From Blasia pusilla (lineage: Eukaryota), in NCBI GenBank assembly GCA_050084515.1, contig CM114271.1:20088001-20152000 (forward strand): 64,000 bases of DNA, given 5' to 3'. The first letter of the stretch is position 1. Each line of letters begins with the position of its first letter. Positions 1 through 14,023 of this stretch are shown here, piece after piece. The position numbers and the translations under genes are program-made. A model generated the notes under the pieces. That model saw nothing but the letters and a program-made list of their open reading frames with translations. It was not told where the DNA came from and searched no databases.

Positions 1-1517
1 TAACGATGGGGCGACATAGCAACCGACCTCATGGTCTTAGCACCAAAAAAGTGCATTGCATTTAGACTTGTTTTGTAGGCTATCTGGAGTTAGAGGGACC
101 TAACCACCAACTAGGGGGGCGATTGGGATTGTCTAGTCGTTCATGTGTAGAGATGTTAGGATCCATAGCTAGATGGATCTTAGACATGTGTGTGCATGAC
201 AGCTGATGTATGTTGGCAACAATGTGTATTCCCACGACAGTTGTCATGGTAGATGAGGCGTAGGGCGAGAAAGTATCGAGGCCTTAGAGGGGTTTTGTAC
301 TTCTCTATTTTGAGAGGTCATATGTGACCTGCTCTTAGCAGATGACCTACAAGTATAGGTCATGCTTCCCTTTATGAGGAGTGGCAACCTTGGAGAGGTT
401 GACCTTCCCAGCCATGTATGGCTCCACTTGGACCTATAGGGTCGTTTGGTAGTTGGTCTCATGAGGGGACCACATATGTAGTTGTTAGGGAGCTAGTATG
501 GGTGTACTATAGGTGGGTAGTGACTTGCTAGGAGGGAGGTGACCCATGTGTCCAGGTCATCCATGGAGATGGCCAGGGGGATATACCTCGGATGAAGTTT
601 ATTTGGGGCTCATCTCCTTAGGATTGCAGACCCTTGTTGGGATCCGTGATACAATGCGGCTTGCATGTATTGAGCATAGATTCTGTCTTGAAGAGTGGGC
701 TAGGGTTTATTAGGGTTGTCCAGTCGTTCATGGGGAGAGATGTTAGGATTCATAGCTAAAGGTTAACATCCACATATGGAGATATATTTTCAGTTCTCTC
801 TACTCATACTACTCTGTCATGGTAGATGAGGTGTAGGACGAGATAATGTCGAGGCCTTAGAGGGGTCTTGTACTTCTCTATTTTTAGAGGTCATATGTGA
901 CATGCTCTTAGGAGGTGACCTACAAGTATAGGTCATCCTCCCCTTTATGAGGAGTGACAACCTTGGAGAGGTTGACCATCCCAGTCATGTATGGCTCCAC
1001 TTGGACATACATGGTTGTCCAAGTGGTTCATTTGGTAGTTGGTCTCATGAGGGAACCACATGTGTAGTTGTTAGGGAGCTAGTATGGGTGTACTACAGGT
1101 GGGTAGTGACTTGCTAGGAGGGAGGTGACCCGTGTGTACAGGTCACCCATGGAGGTGCCTAAGGGGATATACCTCGGATGAAGCTCATTTGGGGCTCATC
1201 TCCTTGGAATTGCAAACCCTTGTTGGGATCCGTGATATAGTGCGGCTTGCATGTATTGAGCGTGGATTCTCTCTTGAAGAGTGGGCTAGGAGCGATCAAT
1301 AAGGAAGATCACACATTTTGGGAATCCATGTGTATACTTTCTCTTACTGTTATACTATTATTATGTATCTGAATCATGAGTATGGCTATTTGGATGAAGC
1401 ACGGTTGATTGCAAATTTTATTAGAGCTTACAGTGCGGATTCATAGCTAGATGGATCTTAGACATGTGTGTGCATGACAACTGATGTATGTTGGCAGCGA
1501 TGTGTATTTTCACGATA
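1..1517 (+). mobile_element. 3' end and LTR copies of a PHD-type Ty3/gypsy retrotransposon
   Basis: 1-120 resembles the reverse complement of the post-PHD 3' regions at 57500-57625 and 61670-61790. PPT CTAGGGGGGCGAT at 111-123. Segment a at 124-239 (TG...CACGACA). Segment b starts TGTCATGG at 242 and is repeated at 815-1290. Partial a copies at ~716-760 and ~1437-1517. Confidence 0.8.
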
Positions 1518-2379
1518 ACTGTAGCACTAGGGTTCATTTCTATTTCAAAATATGATGATACAATGATGCTCAAATTTCACTTTATTTCTATGCTTAGACT
1601 TGTTGCTACAATGAGAGCTCATACGCTTTGGTACTTATTAATTGTTGTGCTTATGAAAACCCTCACCCCGGATGCCAACTGGAAAGAAGAAAGTAGTGCT
1701 TCTACTCCAAATTAATCTCAATATTTTAATTTCCCTTAACTTTTAAGTGCATTCAATTGTGAATATGGATCATTCTCCATTGATAAGTAGCTCCAATCCT
1801 CCAACAGATGTGAAGTAGCTCGAGTCCTTACTCTTGCTTCTCGAATGATCCATGCACATGACTTATAAGTGAGTACTCTGAAGAAGACATACAAACAAAC
1901 AAAAAAAATATATACATAGGTCCAAATGCTGTAGAATAAGGCAATGGAAAACCCACATACTTCGAAGAGGCACTATGGAATCAAGCTGGAAGATGTAGTG
2001 ACACCATTTCGTGAAAGTTAATTTATAGCAACGTCACCAAATAACGATGAACCAACACAAGAGAAAGCTTGGTATTACTTTCCAAGTCCAAAAGGAATCT
2101 ATGGAGTTACAATAGTCAGCTCATTACAAACATATGCCCTTCGAGTCCATTAGAATTTTTTTGTGTTAACTTGGGCACGTAGTGAAACTCCCAAGTCAAG
2201 TTCCTTGAGCCTTCCCAAAAGTTTTCGAGTAGGTTTGAAGATGGAAGTGTGAAGTCAAGCTAGGAGATTTCCCTCTCTAAGTATTTGAACATCCCTCCAA
2301 GCTTTCATTCAGAATATCATCCCTCACCTATAGGACACTTGGGCTCTAAGAAGAATCTTGCTGGACCCAAGGAACCTAC

Positions 2380-4396
2380 GGGACTTGAAAGTAGATCATT
2401 GAGAAAACTAGACTAATAAACATGTTTACATCTTAGATGGGTATGAATTATGGAGGATATATATGCTAAAATTTGTATACACTCCAAGTGCCTATAACAA
2501 GAGTGAAGGTGAATATGTAGTCTAGCCAATATATGATGTACCAAGGTCGAATGAAAGTTATATTAAAAAAGCCTTAAAATCTTATGATTATAAATACTTG
2601 ATTAGGATTGATGATATAGCAACTTGAGTGCTTGACTTTGAATGCAAAGAGTTATGATACAAACATTTGAGAAGTTACATGCTTATATTTGACTTTCTAA
2701 CCCGACGTTCATCCCAACCCTCCATTCATATAAGGAAGTAACTATCAAGTCGTACGTTGAGAAAATACCCATACGATGGACAATCAAATTGAATCGTGCA
2801 TTAGGGTTTGGATTGACATTTGCAAATCTAGCCATTCTAAGAAACTCGGGAAATAAGTAATCAATTATACTTCGATGACAAATCAATTTGCCAATGATTG
2901 GTCACATTCAAGATGTTGATATTCCGAAGGAGATATGGGATGCATTAGAAACATTGTTCCAAATATCTATAAAGGTCAAAAAAATTCAATTGAAATAAAA
3001 ATTCAAAAAATTGAGGAAAGGATCGCAAAGCATCAATGACTATATTTTGAGTATCAGATTTATTGTTGATTAGTTGAATAGCATTGGAGTGACTATAAAA
3101 GATGATGATATGATTTAGTTCTCTTCAAGGCCTTCCACAAGTATTTTGAGATCTCTATGATTGTAAGAGAGAAATATCCAACCTTAAGAGAGAAGTATTC
3201 AACCTTTCAAGACTTAGTTCCACTTTTAATTAGTGAGGAGATATGTCTAGTCGACAATACTAGCTCGCTTAGTATGTAAAAGAGTTCCCTATTTGCAGGT
3301 AATGGATCAAATAGATGAAGAAGTTTTGGTAGAAGCTTCCGTGGTCGTGGTGAATACTAAGCATAGGGAGGAAGAGACACTCAATACAACTTTGCTCACT
3401 CAACTGTGAACAAGTACCAGATACAATCACAAGATGGTAATGGTGGAAACCGTTGGGATTGATGTAAAAAATAGAGAGTCCCTGGATCTTGCAATTACAA
3501 TGGGATGAAGGCCTATGCAAAGTTTTTCTCCAAGAAGAAGGTAGATATTAAAACAAAAGCCTTGCAACAACAAAACTACGTGAAGCAACACCATCAAATG
3601 CAATATCAAGAACAACAACATTCACAAACTAAGCACCTCTTGGTCATGACTTTTCATATGTTAGCAATGGTCAAGAAAGACTTGACAATAGATTGGTACA
3701 ATGACTTTGGTGCATCAAATCACATGACCTCATAAGCTAAATGGTTTAATAGTATGTAAAACATGAAAGATTCTACAATAATGCTTACGAGAGATGATAC
3801 TCAACATCAATAACGCATACTGAGCTAATGTTTCAATGACATTAGATGATCTATCTGCTCTTTGAAATTTTCTTTGTATTCCTACCATTGCAAGAAATTT
3901 GAGTTTAGTATTACAAATAGTAGAACACGATTATCAAATGAAGTTTAACAGAAATGATCATTTTATTGAAACAACGGATGCCCAAACTATGATAGCCAAA
4001 GAAACAAGATGTGGCAGAATGTTCACATTATATGTTTCTATGCTAGAGATTCAAAAAAACAATGTATGGTCAAACTAGCGAATAAGTCATAGATCTCAAT
4101 GTAATGTCATAAGATAAGTAAGCATATAAATCTTAAAAAATTACATAGTCTTTCATCATATAATCTAGTAATAAGACTTCTTAAATTATCAAGTCTTACT
4201 ATTTTAGAGGCATGCCCTACTTGCCAATTTGGAAAACAAGCTAGATTTCTATTTCCAAAGCAAGGTGGAAGAGCATCTAAGATATTGGAGTTGATTCCAA
4301 ATCATGTATAGACAACATCACAACATAGCCTTACTGATTTCTAGTAGTTTGTTTCAATTATTCATAAATTCTCTATGTATATATGGGTATACTTTC
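2380..4396 (+). mobile_element. Degenerate Ty1/copia gag-protease-integrase fragment
   Basis: Broken translation gives gag (MIGHIQDVDIPKEIWDALETLF), protease (WYNDFGASNHMT), GAG-pre-integrase (ACPTCQFGKQAR) and integrase start (YIWVYFL), in copia domain order. Many stops. Cut at 4397 by an LTR. Left boundary approximate. Confidence 0.85.
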
Positions 4397-5005
<609 letters not shown>

Positions 5006-8000
5006 CAAAGAGAGAATGAGAGAATGACAATTTGAGAGCTACAATGGAAGAGCTTGATGGTGCTTGTTATGTATTATAGGTTGGGGACCGTGTTTCCCAC
5101 TTCATGGCTCATAGGAGTGCTCACGAGGGCAAGAGCCATGCAGTTTTTTATTTTCTATTGTTGATTTTTTGTACAAGAGAATGGTGCGCAGAAGCGCTGC
5201 CCAATTTTTGGTAGAAATATTCTTTTTGATTTCGAAGCAATGAATCCTCATCCTCTCAAATGATTCATAAATGATTTATAATCTGAAAACTTTGGAGGAG
5301 TATGGGGGCGGGTTGCTTCATGCTAGTGTTCTCAAGTTGATGTTGTTACATATTGAGGTCTGCTTTGAGAGAAAGCAGCGCGGAAGCGCTGCTGAAATTT
5401 ATATAGGAGAGCATATTGAAGGGGTACACGACAGTCCCTGTCCAATTTGGTTGGAAGATCCAATTTTCTTTTCCATCTTTGTAGATCGGGAAGATGTACT
5501 CGTTGTGGAAGAAATGCTGCGGAAATCGGAGATGCGAGCATAAAGTTATGGCCGATTTTGTAAACTCCAATAGCTAGACGATTCTTAGGGTATAAAATTC
5601 TCAAACCCTAAACCAGTCACCGTGTCGGCGTCTCCATCACTGTGGCTATCTTTGCCGCTGCCGTTTGTCGTTGTCGTTGTTGAAGGCCGCGTCCGGCAAC
5701 TACCGCTGCCGGTGCCGACACTATTGAGGGCCACGTCGTGCTGCCGCCGCCGGACTTGGTTGAGTCCGTACGCATCGCCGTCACTTGTGCACTCCTTGAC
5801 TCCAACAAGGTGACCTTTTGATTCATGGGGTCGAAGTTTCCATCCGGCTTTCCTATGCTTTGAGAGTTGTAGCCGCTCAATGACGACCGAGTATCGTGTC
5901 GTGACGCCCATAGCCACAACGCGCCACCGATTGTGTTGTGCACCTACTCTTCGTGAACATTAATCTTTGTTGTTGGGGAAGCGTGCGTTCAATAGGACAC
6001 GCTCTCAACGTTGATCTTCATCCAAACACCCACTCATGTTAGTTGGGTATGGATCAATCAACGGTTCTAAGTTGCCAAGTTCTCGACTCGGCCTCTCATC
6101 AAGCTGAACCTTCCTAGTTTCACGGTTTACAACACTAGCTAGTCTTTGAAGACTTGGGACACACTTTCTGGTCGGTTCAGGAACCTCAAATGGCGTTTCA
6201 ATGTGTGGAGGTTCCAAGTGTCCAATGGACATCCAATGAGTCCCTAATCGCGAGTCAAAAAAATGAATCACGGGTTGGAATCCAAGTGCGGCTTATGAAG
6301 TCTACTCCCTTGAATCAGGTTTGGGTTCCGAGTTCCAACACCAAACTCTCCTTCCATCCCGTGCCCTTGAGATGTTGTTTGGTGCTCAAAGTGGGCTTCA
6401 TGTTCAAAGACTCCTTGGAGAGACTCCCCTCACTAGTACTTATGGGAATCCTTGCCCTCCCCCTAACTTTAGGGAAAGACAGTCGAGCCCCTCAGATTGG
6501 CCCTCAACCCGATTGCTCCCATAATCATTTTAGGAAAATATCTCAGCTTTTATTTATGAGTTTTCTTATATCTTTAGTGCATTGGAAGAGTCTCGGAAAA
6601 AGCTTTCCAACGTGCCCTTACTTGTCCCAAACGCATCTTGGAGCTAAATGTTATGGTCCAAAATACAGTCAAAGTCCCTAAACGCTAGTCGTATTCAAAA
6701 ATTGGTTCTCACCTCTTTGGCAACCACCTTCCAAGACTCAAATCATCTCAAATCTTGGTTCATGTTTGGTCCAGATTTCCTGGTCGCAACAAAAAATGCA
6801 TGAAACGCACAACTCTGTTCCGCGTTTGGTCTCTTGGACTTTTCCAATAGACCTTTCCAAAAGCCTATCCAAAGCGCGATCATCGTAGCGTGAGTCCACT
6901 AGAGTTCTGATGTTCTGCTTGGCGCCTATTAAGTGTTCGTTTGGTTATGAGGGTCGGGACATTCACCCCTCCTTAGAAGGTTTATGTCCTCATGAACAAA
7001 AATATTTTTTTTAATGTTAAGTTATGGAAAGCCGATCCCTTAACACTGAATCACGTTTTGCTAATTGACTTGCAATTCCTCTTTTGGCTTAAGTCTTAGG
7101 TTGTCGCTTGCAGCACTTAGATTTATTAGCTTTTCAACTTCAATCAGCCTAGACCATTTCTGCACAACTAATCTAAACTATCAAAATAAGCAAACTAAGT
7201 CTGCAACCTAACACTTTATTTGCTCACTATTTGTAAACAACCGCCTGTTTACCTAGCCAATTCGTACTACTTTTGGGTCACTCATATTCTACTTAGGCAT
7301 CTCACTAAGTTTACTCATGTATCATGAATGAAATCACCACAAACCCCAAGATTGACTAATCTGCCCCGCCGACGTTAGGATGAGCCGAGATGTTAGTACT
7401 TCAACAGTTGGTCATGATCTAGATGCCTTATCCGAATACAAGCTCTCACCTCAAATACTCATTTTTTTGCCTCGTTGACCTACATCCTAAGCATATTAAG
7501 AACTACTCATTGCAATGCACTACCATTCTCAAAATTACAATCACTAGCATCGAATCTCCAAATCCATGCATTCTTTATTGCAACAACTAACTTTCTAGTT
7601 ACAACAGGTTATCGACCCAAGCTTCCTGGTCACAAGTTATGTCCATTGTTTCACCATGTACTAACGTATATGCCTATCTTGCATCCATTTGAAGTCTCGC
7701 AATGCCTCTTGCGCGTGTTCAAGATCTGCCTCCGCAATCCAAGTCGCCTCTTTCACATGGTAGCCTTTCCACTTGACCAAGTACTCGTACTTGGTGGCTC
7801 TACGTTTAGAACATAGAATGGTCTCCACCTCAAAGTCTGGTTCCTCATTACTGATCCCCGGTTGTGGTCTCAACACAATTCTTTGCTCCGGATGCACATT
7901 ATCTTGAAGACACTTCTTCAATAATGACACATGGAAAGTCGGGTGAATCTTGAACTCGATTGGTAGCTCCAATGTATACACATCCTCAAACGGCTCCAAT

Positions 8001-9000
8001 GTATACACATCTTCTGGCTCTCTTTGATAGGCCAGAAGAAACGGAGATTCTTCAGTTGCAAAATGCTTGGTGGAGTTATAACAATACTCAGCCATACTTA
8101 GCTACTTTGCCCAATCTCGTTGGCCCGCGCTCACATAATTCCTTAGGTACTGGTTCACGACCGAGTTTAATTTTTCCATTTGCCCATATGTCCTAGGAAA
8201 TCCATAAGCTCGCCACCAACTATCCAAGAACAGTCGGGAAGTCGTATAGGCCATCGCAGAATCTCTCGTCGGCACAAACCTCCCTAACTTGCTTAACCGA
8301 TCAACTATCACAAGTACAGCGGTGTATCCCTCAGATTCCGGAAGACTCGTAATGAAATCCATTCTAATGCTTTGCAAGGGTCCCTCAAGGATCGGCAAAG
8401 GACGAAGTAAGCCTTGCTTCTTTGCGTAAGAAACTCTGTTCACCAGACAGGTCACGCAGGTCTTCACATATTGAGCAACATCTTCCTTCATGTTGGGCCA
8501 GAAGAACCTCTTGGCCAAAACAGCAAGAGTGGATTTCTCCCCTTTGTGTCTTGCCAAAGGTCTGTCATGACATTCCACAAACACTTTGGTCCGTAGCTTG
8601 CCTTGGCTCACGTAGATCATGCTCTACTTAAACCTTAGCAAACCATGCCTCAAACTTAGATTGGCCACCTTCTCGCCCCGCTTCAACTTCCTTAGGTACT
8701 CACTCGCTTGCGTATCCTTCATGTATCCTTCATGTATCCTTCTTTCCAAGTCTGTTTCATTAGGAAACATTGCTCTCATGACTTGTGTCGTCGATGGCAT
8801 ATGCTCATCCCTGCAACTTAAGGCATCTGGAATGACATTGTCTTTCCCCGGCTTGTGGATTATCTCCACATTCATCAACGCCAAGGTATCATGGCATCGG
8901 AGTTGCTTCGATATCACGCAACCCTAGGTCTCAAAATACTTGAGCAAAATGTTATCGGTGAATACTCCAATTTTTAGGTTCCCCATTATGGTCTTTTGCC
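5006..9000 (-). mobile_element. Degenerate Ty3/gypsy chromovirus: RNase H end, integrase, chromodomain, PPT and probable 3' LTR
   Basis: VFTDN..IIHKPGKDNVIPDALS (RNase H). ECHDRPLARHKG..CVTC (zinc finger). MDFITSLP..VIVDRLSK (integrase core). IHPTFHVSLLK. FEVETIL..YEYLVKWKGY..EATW (chromodomain). PPT AAGGAGGGTGAA followed by TGT at ~6961 on the minus strand. LTR extent uncertain. Confidence 0.85.
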
Positions 9001-9369
9001 CTGCACGTATGAGGGAATTCCGGGTATTGGACAGTTATTTGGAATATAGGGTTTCGTGTAGATGTTGAGAGCATCATTGATATATGGGTTAGGGGACATA
9101 GACCTGTGTGGGATATATAGAGTCGAGGGTATGTTTTATCGATGAGATGATAGATAAGTTGATTTACCGTACCACGCCGCTTATTTCCATACATTATACG
9201 TCTTAGTGAGAGGAAGTATAGATTGAGTGCCGTACATTTGGGTTGATTGATTGAGGGATTACTCGTGAGATTGAGAGTGATCGCGTGAGAGGAGCACGAG
9301 GGTCATCACGGCGTCCTTTCGGAACTTTGAGAAGCGAGGTGGTGGACTTGAGAGTAGCTCTAGAGGTTT

Positions 9370-11340
9370 TATGCAGAGTGACATGAGGTTTCGAGGGTCT
9401 CCACATAAGGGACTCTCTCAACCTCCTTCTTTGTCATCTTCAAAAAAGGGGGAGGATATAGAGGAGTTTGTGAGCACATCACTATACACGGTGGGTGGTC
9501 TTGCTGCTTGGGAGTACGAGATGGACAATCATGGTAGAGAACCACATGGGTTTTTGGGAGTTGTAGGCACGATAGAGTCACACGACTTCATTGCGGAGTT
9601 TAGGAGTTTATGTGATTCACAACGGGCCAGGAACTCTATAGAGTTTAGCATGTTTACAACATGGAACGACATGTTCTAGCATTTAGAGGGGGCGCCCATG
9701 GACGATTACCATGAGTTATCCCACAGATATACTCATGAGATTGAGATCTAGAGACTCTACTATAATCCACACTATGAGTCATAGACTGAGCCATTTCCAG
9801 ATGAGGAGGATGAGCTAGGAGAGGCTACTTCCTCTTCAACCAATGATGTGTTAGGAGGGATGGGTCGGACTCGGGAAATTGCATCGTCTAATCGAGTTTG
9901 TCCTAAGTTTAGTTTCTGCAAAGAACTTAACCCCGTGGTTGAGTTCTTTGCAGAACTGCGGACGAGCTACCAAGGGGTATGAATTGAGAAGTTGTGGAAT
10001 ATCCACGACTTCCATAGGCGTAAGGATGAGAGTATGCGTGCAGCCTTCATGCGCTTGCCTTTGTTGATTAGCGTCACTCAGGGGGGTGACACATTCCTAG
10101 GCTATCCAGACATGGTACGCGATGTTGGACTGAGATCTATGAAAATGGTTGAGGGATGGGGTACTTCGTATGCGCACCTCACCTACGTCGAGAAACGTTT
10201 TTGAGACCAAAGAGTGTGTTGAGCGCAACGTGGCTGAGGAGAACGTAGTAGCCATGGGTTCCGTGCGAGAGTAGCCACGATTTTTTGCAACATCGTGGAT
10301 TTCGGGAGAGGATTGTGGCACCACGACCTCAGGGACGATAGCGAGAGTCCGTGCCACAACGACTTGGGCCATCATATGCAATGCAGCAGTAGCTGTCAGG
10401 GATTGTGTATTGGGCCTATGGTGGAGCCCATCATTGATAGGATTGCACCCGTCACAGTAGTGGATAAATGTCGCATTGTGGAGGAGGAGATGGATCTACA
10501 CCAAGAGTTTTCCAGTGTGAACATTGTCAGAGGTATGGTCATAGAGGCGCCATGTGTTCAAGCCTTTACCATGAGTTACGTCCGCATCGAGGGCGAGTGA
10601 GGGCACAAGAGCAAGTTGCCGATCCGGGTGGGCCTTGAGGTCGTGCATCAGGTGGTCTTGTCGGGGGATGAGCAGTTCGATTTTCTTGAGAGGGTGGTGG
10701 AGTTGCCCGTGGAGGTATATATCAGCCACCTAGGCGCGTCGAGGGAGACGTCGGGCGTAATGCTAGGATGGTTGCTTGAATACAACAGTTGCAACAGCGG
10801 ATTGCCGCTATGGTATTGAGGTTACCCGATGCTGGATCAGTGGCATCAATATCTTATGGAGCAGCTAGAGACATGGAGGATCCTGGTTGGATGTGCGCGG
10901 CTACACAAATGGAGGCCGTTGTTCTGACTCGTGGAGCAGCCACAAACTTGGATCCGCATAGAAGAGAGGTTAGGAAACAACCCAAGCTTTCTTAGTCTTT
11001 CACATTGTCCGAGGCAATGAAAACCCCATCGATGGATCCTGATAAGAGTTCCCGCAGGATTGATGTTATGGATGTGCAAGAACGGAGGGTGATGAGAGAA
11101 GCGAGTGCGATGACTCTTATTGCAAATGCTTAAGTGAAGCGAATGTCGAGTACGTTGTTGGGGACGACCACTGCTATATACCACGCCCCATTGTTTTATG
11201 TTTCCGATATTGCGACATTGGGAGGTACGCCCGTCAAGGTTTTCTGGTTGGCCGCTACGCTATGTGTGTGTGGAATTGATGTTCCTACATCACGTTCGGA
11301 GGTGACGGAACATCCACTTCTTTCAACATCATTAATTTGA
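9370..11340 (+). mobile_element. Degenerate retrotransposon gag-like region (probably Ty3/gypsy)
   Basis: Fragmented ORFs (HDFIAEFRSLCD; RRKDESMRAAFMRL) and a decayed CCHC-knuckle-like stretch near 10510-10560. Many stops. Confidence 0.55.
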
Positions 11341-13224
11341 TCGACCTTATATGAGGAGAAACCTAGAATGATGATTGCGACATAGACGTCGAAAGAATAA
11401 TAATCATATGACAAAGGCGCTTTATGGAATAGCGTTACTAAGTTTTCTTTTTTTAATTGCTATATTAAATTTGGGATGACTAGAGTAATTGAAAAGAAAC
11501 ACACAACCTCATCATCCAATCATCATTCCACTCTCAGATTTTTCTTTAAGGGCATACTTAGCTCACTTTTTTTGTTGAAAAATTATTTCCATTAAGGATT
11601 TTGCTTACTCCTACATACATACTAACCATATGGAGAAGGTAGATTTAAGATCAGTTGTCTTTTGTCACAATGGGAATATATTTGAGTATAACTTAGTATT
11701 CTATTGGTAAATGATTCTCTCTTCTCCAAATTTTTGTTGGTAAAATTCAGTTTCATGCTTTTCACAAATCTCAAGGGTCAAGGGCCGTGAAAGTGATCAC
11801 TGATATTTGGAAACATTACCATGTCATAATGAATCTACTGGTATCTTGAATAGGCATCTAGTAATGTGCTTACCACCTTGCATGCATGAAAAAGATACTA
11901 TTAATAATCAAATACTGCTTCCTACTTTAGATGTGAACAATCTAAACTTTGGAGCATAATGATTATGAGGAGAACAGTAGCCCAACACGGAAAATACTAG
12001 AATAATGTGTGCATCATATGTCATATAATATTCCAGTAGATTTCACGTAAAAGAAGATGAAAGACACGGTATTTTTCTTTTGTAGAGATAGACGCCTACA
12101 TCACTCATTGGAAAATAAGGAGTGAAGTTTTCTTTGGAGTGCAAAGTTTACTAACTTTGCAGGTTCTTTTTAGGTTGTTAATTTGAAGATCTTTTGTCCA
12201 GAATTGCATCTGCATAAGCAAGTACTTTCCATTTCCCAGGTCTCCACATTATTCAAGTTGTGACCATCTTTCAATCCTCCTCTCATGTTAAGGTTGACCT
12301 GTTCAGGTTGACAAGATCTTGGATTATGCATACCTATAGGAATGGTCCATGTCCAATTTGGGGAACATTTAAGAATAGGAAGGTCCACATCTCTCTTCCA
12401 AGATCTTTACGTGTAGAACACATGAACACCAACTCCCGAAGTTTAAACCTATTACTGATCCACCAACCATCAACGAATGGGAAAAGCACCAAACTACCTC
12501 ACCCCAAGAAACTCCAGGACAAGGGCAATCCACATGGCTAGGCTTGAAGCTCAAACTTTGAATGAGCTCATAAGTCTGACATTAACCAAAATCCCTTGGG
12601 GATGGTAAATGAATACCATTCACTCACTCTTCAAGGCGTTAGCCCAATGGTGGTTTCCATCTACAACACTAAAATGATAAGATCACTTACAAGCTTTATC
12701 ACTTTAATCTAGAAATGATGGCTAAGCATTTCTTATTCTAGAAAGGTTGATGCTATAAACATCAAAGCTAATGGTTACACTTCATGCATTAGCTTGATTT
12801 AGACGACGTTCAACTATGGCAAAATTATATTGATGTTCCCGGCTGTCCTCATGGACCTTGACTATCTTGGGTCCCTTGAGAACCCAGTTCATTCATTACC
12901 AACATTCCCTTATCCTAAACCCTAGTCCCCAAATAAGAGGTGGAAGGAAACACACTCAAAGCCCTGCACATTATGTGATGATCAGAGTTTCGTGTTCATC
13001 ACAGAATGTGCAGGGCTTCACCCTAAACCTTGAATCCCTACTTGATCGTATGTGGAAATATTACAACACAGCGCCACAACTCATGCTGAAATAGCTATTT
13101 CCTTCCCCATTTCTGGCACCCATTCCTATCTCTGGGGGTGCAGGGTCTATGGTGATAAGGCTACACCAAACACTACTCTGTGAGTAGAATATCAGAGTAA
13201 AAGGTAGGATTTCACAATCAAATT

Positions 13225-13394
13225 CAACTCCAACCCAACACTTCGCGGCACCCTCGACGTACACAATGCCTGTGACTCACTTCATACCTCACTAAATGGA
13301 ATCAATCCAACTCCAACCCAACACTTCCCCGCACCCTCGACGTACACAATGCCTGTGACTCACTTCATACCTCACTAAATGGAATCAATCCAAC
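13225..13394. repeat. Tandem duplication, 83-bp unit x2
   Basis: CAACTCCAACCCAACACTTC...GGAATCAATC starts at 13225 and again at 13308, with about 2 mismatches. Confidence 0.95.
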
Positions 13395-14023
13395 CCTCCC
13401 ACAAAACCAAGTAGGCACGAACCAGAGGCAAGTGTCTCTTCGCACCTTCACTTCCAGCATCACAAACCCTACTCTAAACTAGCCAAAAGTGATCCTGAAT
13501 ACAATATGCACCCAGGTAGCATAAGGCTGACTCCCACTCCCACTATAGGTACCCAAGATGAAAGACTCAAGCCCTAATTTCACAGACTTGCTACTTGCCT
13601 GAACCTTCTTCAACCAGAAAACTTTCGCTCTAACATCCAGCACCCTCAACTGATGACTCTTAACCAAAAGGACTTAAGTTACAGACCTTTTCTTCCAGAA
13701 ATAAAATGTCAAATCTGGACTGTTCTGATCGGTTCCAACATCATGAATCCCAGAGTGAGCTCTTTTGATACTGGACTGCTTAACCGTCAACTAGTGAGGA
13801 GAACCCCTGTGGTACCTACCAGTTTCTATGTAAACCTGCCATTTTCAGGTTCCCCAAATTGGGATGGAAAATTTCGGATGTAGAAATCTATGGTTCTGGC
13901 AACTCTCAATTAACAGAAGATACTATCATACGCCGAATACTGATGAAGGATGTGAGGAGCCGTTATTTGTAATATCCCTACAGCAACAACCTTTCTGCCT
14001 GAGCCTTGATTGATGCTCCACCC

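Noticed and set aside
5603-5614. Telomere-like AAACCCTAAACC
   Set aside because: Single unit (telo-box-like), not an array.
11450-12560. Decayed coding-like AT-rich stretch (also 33200-34430 and 31750-32040)
   Set aside because: Too many stops and no diagnostic motif to assign a family confidently.
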